From: Chloroflexota bacterium
Lineage (GTDB): Bacteria; Chloroflexota; Dehalococcoidia; GIF9; UBA5629
Length of the DNA: 43,001 bases
NCBI GenBank assembly: GCA_020354105.1
Contig: CP070642.1
Coordinates: forward strand, 1,541,044-1,584,044
Direction: 5' to 3'
Made by a program: the position numbers and the translations under genes. The notes under the pieces were generated by a model that was not told the DNA's origin, did not search any database, and saw nothing but the letters and a program-made list of their open reading frames with translations. Below are positions 27,516 through 35,779 of this stretch, piece by piece (the stretch's first letter is position 1; each line of letters begins with the position of its first letter).

Positions 27516-28961
27516 ATGGGAAAGAGTTTACCAGTTTTCAAACCGCTTCCACCTGCAGATGTAAGAAGAATTGATCAGGCAAGCCGTCAGATACTGAAAC
27601 GCATCGGTATAAGAATCAAAGATGACGCTATCCTAGACAAGTTGAAGAAGGCGGGAGCAAAAGTAGATTACCATAATCAGAGAGTGCGTTTTGAAGAGGA
27701 ATGGCTTGACGAGCTCCTCAGCCGCGCCCCGTCCAAGTTTACCTTATACTCCAGAGACGAAAAACATAATCTACCCTTGGGAGAAGGTGAAGTCCATTTT
27801 GCTAATGGGGGACGGGTGTTTCGCATTATCAATATTGCGGATGGTGATTACCGTCTCACCATGCTAAAAGACATAGCTCACACTGCCACTCTGGTGGATC
27901 GCCTGGAACATATCCGCTTCTATGTCATAGCGTGCCAGGCACATGACGTGGAGCCGCAATATTATCATTTGAACGACTTTTGTAATGCTTTCAACAATAC
28001 TAACAAGCATGTAATGGGAGGCTGCGATAATGTGGAAGGGGTAAGACAAGTCTGGAAACTAGCCAGTTTAATAGCTGGTGGTGAAGACAGACTCAGAAAA
28101 AAGCCCTTCTTTTCTGTGATAACCAACCCTATAAGCCCGCTTACCATCGGGCCCAACGCCGCCAAAATTCTCAGTTTCTGTGCTATACATGGTATTCCTG
28201 TAACCTGTGCATCGGCACCTATAGCTGGCGCCACCTCGCCAGTTACATTAGCAGGTACTCTTGCCCAGATGCATGCTGAGGTGCTGGCAGGAATATCTAT
28301 CACACAGATATTCTTCCCCGGAGCCAAGGTGCTTTACGGCGCAGTGCCCACAACTATGGATTTGAGAAACATGGAGTTTTCCATGGGCTCATCAGAAATG
28401 GGCATGATGAGTGCTGCTGCAGTCCAGCTATCAAAGCTCTACCATTTGCCTATTCGTGCTTCTGCAGGCGTTACCGAGTCTAAAAGACCTGACATTCAAT
28501 CAGGCGTTGAGAAGAGTTTTTCCAATCTGATGGTTGCTATGGCCGGAGCAGACTGCGTTCTCTTGGCAGCTGGAATGCTTGATTCTGGCAATTCCGTTTC
28601 TTATGAGCAATATGCTATAGACAATGAAATCATTGGGATGGTATATAGAGTGCTTTCTGGCATTAGAGTGAATAAAGAAACTCTCAGTTTGGATGTAATA
28701 GAGCAAGTAGGTCCCGGCGGAAATTATATTATGGAAGAACATACTGTCGATTGTATGAGGGAGGAATTTTTCTATCCTGGCTTAAGCATACGCTACAATT
28801 TTGATATTTGGGAGGAACGAGGGCATCCTGATATGTTGAGCCGTGCCAACGACATGGTTCATAATATTTTAACAGAACACGCAGAGGGCAAAGACGGGCT
28901 TTTAGGCACAGATATGCTCCGAGAGATAAGAAAAACCTTCCCTGAAATAAAGAATATCTGA
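27516..28961 (+). CDS. MttB-superfamily methyltransferase, non-pyrrolysine (MttB-4)
   Basis: Start set at ATG 27516 (MGKSLPVFKPLPPADVRRIDQASRQILKRIG). The track start 27360 lies inside MttB-3. NNTNKHVMGG is present and there is no in-frame TAG. Confidence 0.9.
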   Translation: MGKSLPVFKPLPPADVRRIDQASRQILKRIGIRIKDDAILDKLKKAGAKVDYHNQRVRFEEEWLDELLSRAPSKFTLYSRDEKHNLPLGEGEVHFANGGRVFRIINIADGDYRLTMLKDIAHTATLVDRLEHIRFYVIACQAHDVEPQYYHLNDFCNAFNNTNKHVMGGCDNVEGVRQVWKLASLIAGGEDRLRKKPFFSVITNPISPLTIGPNAAKILSFCAIHGIPVTCASAPIAGATSPVTLAGTLAQMHAEVLAGISITQIFFPGAKVLYGAVPTTMDLRNMEFSMGSSEMGMMSAAAVQLSKLYHLPIRASAGVTESKRPDIQSGVEKSFSNLMVAMAGADCVLLAAGMLDSGNSVSYEQYAIDNEIIGMVYRVLSGIRVNKETLSLDVIEQVGPGGNYIMEEHTVDCMREEFFYPGLSIRYNFDIWEERGHPDMLSRANDMVHNILTEHAEGKDGLLGTDMLREIRKTFPEIKNI

Positions 28962-28962
28962 A

Positions 28963-29574
28963 ATGACAACATCGCATAAAACAAGAACAACCACACATAT
29001 AATTGCTTGCGCAGTGTTTATGGCAGCAATAGAACATCTTCAACTAAAGAAAAAGTTTCCCAATATTCGTTTGACCTATTTGCCAGCTAGATTACATCTT
29101 AGACCCGCGGAGTTGAAGAAATGCTTGCAAAGGGAGGTAAGCAGATCTCAAGCAAAGGGTGAACGGGTAATATGCCTCTACGGGGACTGTTTTCCAGATA
29201 TAGATGGCTTCTGTAAAAGGCATAGCATTATCAAGGTGCCGGGCTCTTACTGTTATGAGATGCTGCTCGGCAGCGAGCGATTCAATCAGCTCATTGATGA
29301 GACAACAGGAACCTACTTTTTGGAGGAGGGGTTGATTATCAACTTCGAAGATTTCTGTATGGAACCCCTGGATCTCAAAGATGAGGAAATTCGGCGACAA
29401 TGTTTTGAACACTACAAGAAGCTGCTCTATATACGTCAGCCTTCAGATCCGAACCTTATACCTAGAGCTAGCGAATTGGCCCAATTACTAGAGCTATCCC
29501 TGGAAATTCAAGATGCGGATTATTCTCATATTGAAAAGTCACTTACTGAATCGCTCACGGGTGGTGTATGTTAA
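28963..29574 (+). CDS. DUF1638-family protein (unknown function, recurrently linked to corrinoid methyltransferase loci)
   Basis: 203 aa. Its ATG is 1 nt after the MttB-4 stop. The pattern HIIACAVF...LPARLHLRPAELKKCLQ...VICLYGDCFP...GSYCYEMLLG...GTYFLEEG fits my recollection of DUF1638. Confidence 0.65.
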   Translation: MTTSHKTRTTTHIIACAVFMAAIEHLQLKKKFPNIRLTYLPARLHLRPAELKKCLQREVSRSQAKGERVICLYGDCFPDIDGFCKRHSIIKVPGSYCYEMLLGSERFNQLIDETTGTYFLEEGLIINFEDFCMEPLDLKDEEIRRQCFEHYKKLLYIRQPSDPNLIPRASELAQLLELSLEIQDADYSHIEKSLTESLTGGVC

Positions 29575-29657
29575 ATACTGCTAAAGAAATCAAGCCCACT
29601 GCACGTAATAGGAATAAGCAAGCGATAAAACCGCGCCAAAAAAAGGAACGCAGGCAA

Positions 29658-29891
29658 ATGAAAGTCTGGCTCCATGTCTTTCCCAAGGATATCTGGGTGC
29701 CAGCGCAGTATGGAGAGACTATATGGGCGGCATTGCGTAGGGCTAACATCGAGCTGGACAGCGATTGTGGTGGAGCAGGCAACTGTGGAAAATGTAAGAT
29801 AAAGGTCCTTTCAGTAGTTGACCCACCAACCAAAGCAGGACAGAAACTGCTCGACAAAGACGCACTGCAGGAGGGTTTCCGTCTTGCCTGA
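29658..29891 (+). CDS. N-terminal plant-type 2Fe-2S ferredoxin domain of a RACE-type corrinoid reductive activase, ending at in-frame TGA 29889..29891
   Basis: MKVWLHVFPKD...DSDCGGAGNCGKCKIKV...EGFRLA-stop. It has C-X5-C-X2-C but the fourth Cys codon position is occupied by TGA. ATG 29658 is preferred over track ATG 29568, whose 30-residue K/R-rich extension overlaps the DUF1638 gene. Confidence 0.7.
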   Translation: MKVWLHVFPKDIWVPAQYGETIWAALRRANIELDSDCGGAGNCGKCKIKVLSVVDPPTKAGQKLLDKDALQEGFRLA

Positions 29892-29912
29892 CGTACTAAA
29901 GTAAAGCGAGAT

Positions 29913-31529
29913 TTGGCTATCTCAACGGAAAAAGCAGACACAGGGCTGGACTATCTAAAGATTCTAACCACCAGCCATGTTCTCCGTAGTAGGTATATTC
30001 CGGTTTCGCAGCTTGAGCCACTTATAGAGAGGCGACTCGTCACCCTGCCCTCTGAGTCCCGCAACGAAAGGCTTTCGTATTTGAGCTGGGTAAAGCTGGG
30101 ATTGGGCGCCGAATACAGCGACCTGCAAGCCTCGATTCACTGTCTTCGCACACTGCCCCAGATGTTGAAGAAGACTAAGTCCAGCGGGGTGGCTGTACTC
30201 CATAATAACTCTTTAATTGCCTGGCAAGACCCTGAGAAATCGAAAAACGGCTATGGATTGGTCTTTGACCTCGGTACCAGCACCATTGTGGGTAAGTTAA
30301 TCAACTTGTCAAACGGTAGTGAGGCCTCCGTCGATTCCTGCCTCAATGGGCAGAGATGGCACGGCTCAGACGTAATAAGTCGCCTTAACTACGTTAAACA
30401 GAATCCCACAGGAGGTCTGCGTACTTTGCATAATCTTCTGGTGGACGACCTCAATAACATAACCAGTCACCTCCTAGAAGCTACTGGCCTCAAAGCAGAT
30501 GATGTCCTTATTGCCGTTGCTGCAGGAAACACCACCATGCAGCACTTTCTGTTAAATTTATCTCCCGATGGTATAGCCGAAGCACCATTCTCACCTATAG
30601 TGACCGATGGCTTGATTGTAAATGCGGCCGACGTTGGCCTAAGATTGAATCCGGCAGCCTTGCTCTATATTATGCCCGCAAAATCAGGCTACATCGGCGG
30701 GGACCTGATTAGCTTCGTGCTAAACTCGGGCGTTTCTGAACAAGAGGATGAAATCATTCTTGGACTGGACCTCGGTACCAATGGGGAAATATTTCTCGGC
30801 AATGGCAAAAGGCTACTGACATGCTCAGCAGCCGCCGGTCCTGCCCTGGAAGGAGCGCGAATCTCCTCCGGGATGATAGCCAGGGCGGGTGCACTGGAAG
30901 GCGTCAGAATCGAACAGGGACAACTGCATTACCGCGTAATCGGGAATATCAAGCCCAAGGGCCTCTGCGGTAGTGGACTGGTCGACCTGGTGGCAGTTCT
31001 ATTACATTGTGGTGTAATCGACCCCGAAGGCTCCATTCGCCCAACTCGAAAAGCAGAATATCAGAATTTAAATTCAAGAGTAATCAAGCGGTCATATTGC
31101 TATGATTTTCTCGTTGCTACCGAAGAAGAAAGCTTCCACGGCCGGCCGATATACCTTACTCAAAAAGATGTTCGCGAGCTGCAGCTTGCCAAGGGGGCTA
31201 TAGCTGCCGGTGTGCACACACTGATGGACGAATTAGGCATCGGGCTTGAGGATATCAAACATGTATATCTGGCTGGTGCATTGGGGAATTACATTGACCC
31301 CATCAGCACTTTGCGAATCGGCCTTCTTCCAGGAATTAATGTTGAGCTCATCAAGTCGTTAGGAAACGCTGCCAGCCTAGGAGCTTCCATGGTTCTGTTG
31401 TCTAGGAAGCACTGGCAGATGGCAAAAGACGTGGTCAATTTCATGGAGCATGTCGAGCTTTCCTACCGCCACGACTTCAATCAATACTTCGTTCAACATA
31501 TGGGCTTCCCTGAAAAGAACATATGGTAA
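29913..31529 (+). CDS. ASKHA-fold ATPase portion (DUF4445) of a RACE-type corrinoid reductive activase; same frame as 29658..29891
   Basis: 538 aa as tracked from TTG 29913. YGLVFDLGTSTIVGK, AGNTTMQHFLL, GLDLGTNGEIFLG and CSAAAGPALEGARISSGM are ASKHA/RACo-like motifs. No stop other than TGA 29889 separates it from the ferredoxin domain. Confidence 0.8.
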   Translation: MAISTEKADTGLDYLKILTTSHVLRSRYIPVSQLEPLIERRLVTLPSESRNERLSYLSWVKLGLGAEYSDLQASIHCLRTLPQMLKKTKSSGVAVLHNNSLIAWQDPEKSKNGYGLVFDLGTSTIVGKLINLSNGSEASVDSCLNGQRWHGSDVISRLNYVKQNPTGGLRTLHNLLVDDLNNITSHLLEATGLKADDVLIAVAAGNTTMQHFLLNLSPDGIAEAPFSPIVTDGLIVNAADVGLRLNPAALLYIMPAKSGYIGGDLISFVLNSGVSEQEDEIILGLDLGTNGEIFLGNGKRLLTCSAAAGPALEGARISSGMIARAGALEGVRIEQGQLHYRVIGNIKPKGLCGSGLVDLVAVLLHCGVIDPEGSIRPTRKAEYQNLNSRVIKRSYCYDFLVATEEESFHGRPIYLTQKDVRELQLAKGAIAAGVHTLMDELGIGLEDIKHVYLAGALGNYIDPISTLRIGLLPGINVELIKSLGNAASLGASMVLLSRKHWQMAKDVVNFMEHVELSYRHDFNQYFVQHMGFPEKNIW

Positions 31530-31655
31530 GATAATCTTATATTTAGTCGAGGTGTTTGGAATATTTCCGCTATCGTTGTAACCTGTAATGAGCTTTCTAC
31601 GTTGGCCAGCCTTTGAGAAAGACCATCAGATCTGTTTCGTACCTATCTATATCCA

Positions 31656-31731
31656 TGGTCGGGGTGAGAGGATTTGAACCTCCGACCTCATGGTCCCAAA
31701 CCATGCGCGCTAGCCACTGCGCTACACCCCG
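31656..31731 (-). tRNA. tRNA-Pro (anticodon UGG), CCA encoded
   Basis: The reverse complement folds by hand. Acceptor CGGGGTG/CACCCCG, anticodon stem CATGG/CCATG with loop TTTGGGA, T-loop TTCAAAT, discriminator A and CCA. Confidence 0.9.
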
Positions 31732-31801
31732 CAGCGAAAAAAGTATAGTTCAATTAGTTTGATATAGTCAAGGAGTCACGCGCGGTTATTGTCTAGTGTT
31801 G

Positions 31802-32521
31802 TTATTTACAGGTGGGACAGGTATCGAAGAAATCCTCAGGCAGATTCCACTTTGTCTTGATGTAGTCTAATTGCTTTTCCGGTGCCCAGTAATTCCCGCA
31901 TACTTTACATTTTTTGAGTTTGAATTCTACCTTCCAGTTGTAGATTATCCGAGTTTCTTTTCTATCCTCCATTTTTATGGCGCCGGTTGGGCATATATAG
32001 AAACAGGAACCGCAGCCTATGCAATCCATTGCTGGTTCGAGAAAGGGAGCAGCAGGCTCCTTAGTTATACCGCGATTGACCAGGCTAATAGCGCTTACCC
32101 CAACAACTTGTTCACAGGCTCTAACGCATAAACCACACACAATGCAGTCATTGTCTTCCAAATACTCAGGCTTGAAAGATGGTTGCTCAATTCCCATCTG
32201 TGATGCGAGTTCTCGTATCACTTTATTTTTGGAGCACCGTGCCAGTAATAATTCTAAGATCATTTTACGGTTACTGGTAATTCTGGGAGAGTCAGTTTTC
32301 ACTTTCAATCCTTCTTCCACGGGATAAAGACAGGATGTCACTATCCTGGTACGTGCTCCTTTAGTAACTTCTACTATGCAAAGCCTGCAGGCACCATATG
32401 GCTCTAAAGCTTCGTTATGGCATAAGGTGGGAATGTCAATGCCATTATCTCTGGCTACCTGAAGTATTGTCTGGTCTTTTTCAGCCTTAAGTTCACGTTC
32501 GTTTATAGTAAAGGTTACCAT
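31802..32521 (-). CDS. NuoG-N-terminal/HydA-N-terminal-like iron-sulfur protein (2Fe-2S plus 4Fe-4S clusters) without a catalytic domain
   Basis: 239 aa. MVTFTINERELKAEKDQTILQVARDNGIDIPTLCHNEALEPYGACRLCIVEV (2Fe-2S and His-ligated cluster region). Two ferredoxin motifs, CIVCGLCVRAC and CIGCGSCFYICP. A C-terminal CKVCG...CPTCK pair. Confidence 0.8.
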   Translation of the reverse strand: MVTFTINERELKAEKDQTILQVARDNGIDIPTLCHNEALEPYGACRLCIVEVTKGARTRIVTSCLYPVEEGLKVKTDSPRITSNRKMILELLLARCSKNKVIRELASQMGIEQPSFKPEYLEDNDCIVCGLCVRACEQVVGVSAISLVNRGITKEPAAPFLEPAMDCIGCGSCFYICPTGAIKMEDRKETRIIYNWKVEFKLKKCKVCGNYWAPEKQLDYIKTKWNLPEDFFDTCPTCK

Positions 32522-32522
32522 C

Positions 32523-34382
32523 TTATTCTCTGCCTACGGCTACTAGTTTACAGACGTCGTAACAAACTCCACACTTGATACACTTCGACTCCTCCAGAGC
32601 AACCGGTTTCTTCTTGCCCAGGAAAGTTATAGCATCTTGAGGGCAAGCTTTAACGCAAAGCCCACAGCCCGGGCATTTTTCTTCTATTATGTAGTAATGA
32701 ATTAGCGCCTTACAGACACCTGCTGGGCATTTCTTCTCTTTAATGTGTGCTTCGTACTCGTCTCTGAAATAGCGAATAGTGGTAATAACTGGATTTGGTG
32801 CTGTGTTACCAAGGGCACAGAGAGAGCTGTCTACGAGAGTGGCGGAAAGCTTTTCCAGAAGATCGATATCTTCTTCGCTGCCCTTACCATCGGTGATATC
32901 ATCCAGAATTTGCCGCATTCGCTTTATTCCCTCACGGCATGGCACACATTTACCGCAAGATTCTTCTTCGAGGAAGGTTAGAAAGTATTTAGCGATGTCT
33001 ACCATACATGTGGTCTCATCCATGACAATCATGCCGCCTGAACCCATCATTGAACCAGCCTTGGTCAGTTCGTCGAAATCTACTGGTAAGTTAAGTAATC
33101 GTTCGGGGAGGCAGCCACCAGAGGGTCCACCGGTCTGCACTGCCTTAAATTTCTTCCCTTCCCGAATACCACCGCCAATATCATAGATAATTTCCTTTAA
33201 GGTTATACCCATTGGTACTTCTACCAAGCCTGTGTTGTTGATCTTCCCTACCAGGGAAAAGATTTTTGTTCCCTTGCTATCATCGGTACCTAAGGTGCGG
33301 TACCAATCAGCTCCTTTATTGATTATCACGGGCACATTAGACCAGGTTTCTACATTGTTCAAATTGCTCGGTTTATCCCACAGTCCCCTTTCCACTGTGT
33401 GGACGTATTTAGCTCTTGGTTCTCCAACCTTACCTTCTAGGGATGCCATTAATGCCGTAGACTCACCGCAAACGAAGGCACCTCCGCCTCTGGTTATGCG
33501 GACATTGAAATCAAAACCTGAGCCTAATACATTGTCTCCGAGCAGCCCTAGCTGTCGTGCTTGATCTAAAGCCAGTCTTGAATTTTCTACAGCCAATGGG
33601 TATTCATGTCGCACATAGACATATCCCTCATGGCATCCGATAGCGTAAGCGCCTATGATTAGTCCTTCGAGGACACTGTGGGGGTTACCTTCGAGTAGGC
33701 TTCTATCCGCATAGGCTCCTGGGTCACCTTCATCGGCATTCACAATGACGTACTTGATGTCTCCTTGTGCATTACGGCATGATTCCCATTTGGTTCCTGT
33801 GGGAAATCCACCACCACCTCGCCCTCTAAGACTAGAATGCTTAATCTCCTCAATTATTTGCTCTGGCGTCATTGCGAAAAGGGCCTTGGCTAAAGCTGAA
33901 TAACCGCCTATTGCGATGTAATCTTCAATGCTCGTTGGATCTATATCACCGTTGCTGCCGAAAATGATTCTCTCTTGTTTCTTATAGAATGGTACTTCGC
34001 GCTGGTGCTCGTTTTTTTTGCCGGTAGTGGGATCAGTGTATAGCAGCCGTTCTATGATGCTGTTTTGGGTGATTGTTTTATCCAGTATTTCAAGAACATC
34101 TTCAGGCTTTACTCGCTGGTATAAAATGTCACCTGGCTGAATAACTACAAGCGGACCCTTCTCACAGAAGCCGTGGCAACCCGTGATTTTTATGTCAACT
34201 TTATTTGCTATCCCCTGTTTTGCGATTTCATTCTTGAAAGCGTCGGTGACTTTCGCACATCCATATGCATGGCAGCCGGTGCCACCACAAATAGTAATTC
34301 GCTGCTTGTCTTTGCGGTTTTTCTTCTCTAGTTCTTTTCGCAGAGCTGTTAAGTCTTCTTTAGAGTTTAGTTTATTTAGCAT
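32523..34382 (-). CDS. NuoF/HydB/HndC-like NAD(P)H- and FMN-binding iron-sulfur flavoprotein
   Basis: 619 aa. N-terminal thioredoxin-like 2Fe-2S (ICGGTGCHAYGC), FMN/NADH region GRGGGGFPTGTKW, the SLBB/4Fe-4S motif ESCGKCVPCREG, and a C-terminal 2x[4Fe-4S] (CPGCGLCVKACP, CIKCGVCYDVC). Confidence 0.88.
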   Translation of the reverse strand: MLNKLNSKEDLTALRKELEKKNRKDKQRITICGGTGCHAYGCAKVTDAFKNEIAKQGIANKVDIKITGCHGFCEKGPLVVIQPGDILYQRVKPEDVLEILDKTITQNSIIERLLYTDPTTGKKNEHQREVPFYKKQERIIFGSNGDIDPTSIEDYIAIGGYSALAKALFAMTPEQIIEEIKHSSLRGRGGGGFPTGTKWESCRNAQGDIKYVIVNADEGDPGAYADRSLLEGNPHSVLEGLIIGAYAIGCHEGYVYVRHEYPLAVENSRLALDQARQLGLLGDNVLGSGFDFNVRITRGGGAFVCGESTALMASLEGKVGEPRAKYVHTVERGLWDKPSNLNNVETWSNVPVIINKGADWYRTLGTDDSKGTKIFSLVGKINNTGLVEVPMGITLKEIIYDIGGGIREGKKFKAVQTGGPSGGCLPERLLNLPVDFDELTKAGSMMGSGGMIVMDETTCMVDIAKYFLTFLEEESCGKCVPCREGIKRMRQILDDITDGKGSEEDIDLLEKLSATLVDSSLCALGNTAPNPVITTIRYFRDEYEAHIKEKKCPAGVCKALIHYYIIEEKCPGCGLCVKACPQDAITFLGKKKPVALEESKCIKCGVCYDVCKLVAVGRE

Positions 34383-34397
34383 TTCACAAATATTTGG

Positions 34398-34847
34398 TTA
34401 CTCGAATTGATTCAACAAGCTGTCAACTTTCTCAGTACTTATCTGTCCGAAATATTCTCCATCAATCTTTATCACAGGTCCTAAAGCGCATGCCCCCATG
34501 CAGTTGACTGTCTCTAACGTAAATTTGCGGTCCTTGCTAGTTCCGCCTCGCTTGATAGTTAAATCTCGTTCGATCTTTTCTAGGATTCTGGCGGCACCTC
34601 TGACATGACAGGCAGTACCCAGACAAACATTAATCAGGTGTTTACCTCTAGGTTCGAGACTGAATGCTCTAAAAAAAGTAGCTATGTCGTACACTCGACT
34701 TACAGGAACAGACATGGTTTCACTTACCTGAATAAGGGCTTCTTTGGGCAGATAATAGTATTCAGTCTGGATATCCTGAAGTATGGAAACAAGTTGGCCC
34801 TTGTCACCATTGTATTTATTTATGATAGCGTTAACCTTGTCTCTCAT
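34398..34847 (-). CDS. NuoE/HydC/HndA-like 2Fe-2S thioredoxin-fold subunit
   Basis: 149 aa with CLGTACHVRG...CMGACALGP. Its ATG overlaps the upstream gene's stop (ATGA). Confidence 0.88.
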   Translation of the reverse strand: MRDKVNAIINKYNGDKGQLVSILQDIQTEYYYLPKEALIQVSETMSVPVSRVYDIATFFRAFSLEPRGKHLINVCLGTACHVRGAARILEKIERDLTIKRGGTSKDRKFTLETVNCMGACALGPVIKIDGEYFGQISTEKVDSLLNQFE

Positions 34848-35779
34848 TGTTGATAATTATTTCTGGCAGCTCTTTCTTTAAGTTTTGAGTATTTAGCAGC
34901 CACTCTTTCTTGGATTTGGGATATTGTCTCTTTTGAAAGATGTCTGAATCTGCCTTGCAGTTTAAAGTAATCCTCTATAGGACGTAGCTTTGGGAAATCT
35001 AAATTCAGAGTATATCTGTCCCCTTCAACTTCATAGATAGGGAATATGCCTGTCTCAACAGCCAGTCGTCCTGCTCTGATTGTTAAATCGGAAGCTAGCC
35101 GCCAGCCGGTGGGACAGACCGACAATATATGAATGTACGATGGCCCATTGACTTCCACAGCTTTATTGATTTTGTTCATAAGGTCAAAGGGGTAGCTGTG
35201 GCATGCTGTGGCTACATAAGGTATGCCATGAGCAACAGCGATAGCCGGCAAATCTTTCTTCCATGTAGTCTGCCCGATGCTAACCTTGCCCGCTGGCGAG
35301 GTCGTGGTAGATGCTCCAAATGGAGTGGAACTGGAGCGTTGAATGCCGGTATTCATATATGCCTCGTTATCAAAACATATGTATATAAAATCATGGCCTC
35401 TCTCGAGGGCACCGGATAGAGCTTGAAAGCCAATGTCAGCAGTCCCCCCATCGCCAGCCATAGCTACAACCTTGGTTTTATTGTTATATTTACCCTTACG
35501 TGTCAGAATTTTTATGCCGGCTTCTATCCCGGAAGCCACAGCTGCGGTATTCTCAAACAAAGTGTGAATCCAGGGGACTTCCCAGGAGGTGGAGGGGAGT
35601 GGTGAGGAAACGATTTCCATGCAGCCTGTGGCATTGGCAATTATTATATTTCTGCCCAAGGCCTTGCATACAAGCCTTACAGCCAAGGCCTCACCACAGC
35701 CCATGCAAGCACGATGTCCTGGAGCAAAATATTCTTTGATCGTTACTAATCGTGGGACATATATGGCTAGACTTTCCAC
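34844..35779 (-). CDS. porB: 2-oxoacid:ferredoxin oxidoreductase beta subunit (TPP-binding)
   Basis: 311 aa. GHRACMGCGEA, AMAGDGGTADIGFQ (TPP GDG motif) and NEAYMNTGIQ. Its GTG start shares 1 nt with the alpha-subunit stop (TAGTG). Confidence 0.88.
   Translation of the reverse strand: MESLAIYVPRLVTIKEYFAPGHRACMGCGEALAVRLVCKALGRNIIIANATGCMEIVSSPLPSTSWEVPWIHTLFENTAAVASGIEAGIKILTRKGKYNNKTKVVAMAGDGGTADIGFQALSGALERGHDFIYICFDNEAYMNTGIQRSSSTPFGASTTTSPAGKVSIGQTTWKKDLPAIAVAHGIPYVATACHSYPFDLMNKINKAVEVNGPSYIHILSVCPTGWRLASDLTIRAGRLAVETGIFPIYEVEGDRYTLNLDFPKLRPIEDYFKLQGRFRHLSKETISQIQERVAAKYSKLKERAARNNYQQ

Noticed and set aside
18205-28961. Looked for in-frame TAG (pyrrolysine) codons in the four MttB homologs
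   Set aside because: All four are continuous ORFs of normal length (about 480-513 aa) with no internal amber codon. They are non-Pyl family members, and no Pyl recoding is claimed.
29889-29891. Genome-wide reassignment of UGA (code 4 or 25) as the explanation for the in-frame TGA
   Set aside because: TGA terminates several well-supported genes in this same window: the CoA-transferase at 5807..5809, iorA at 11980..11982, CoP3, MttB-3 and MttB-4. UGA is therefore a normal stop in this organism.
14168-31731. Whether the methyltransferase block is a horizontally acquired island integrated next to tRNA-Pro
   Set aside because: The block looks somewhat GC-richer than the flanks by eye and ends near a tRNA. 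However, I found no integrase, no transposase and no direct repeat of the tRNA 3' end, and I cannot compute composition reliably by hand. This is left as untested. A sliding-window GC and tetranucleotide analysis would settle it.
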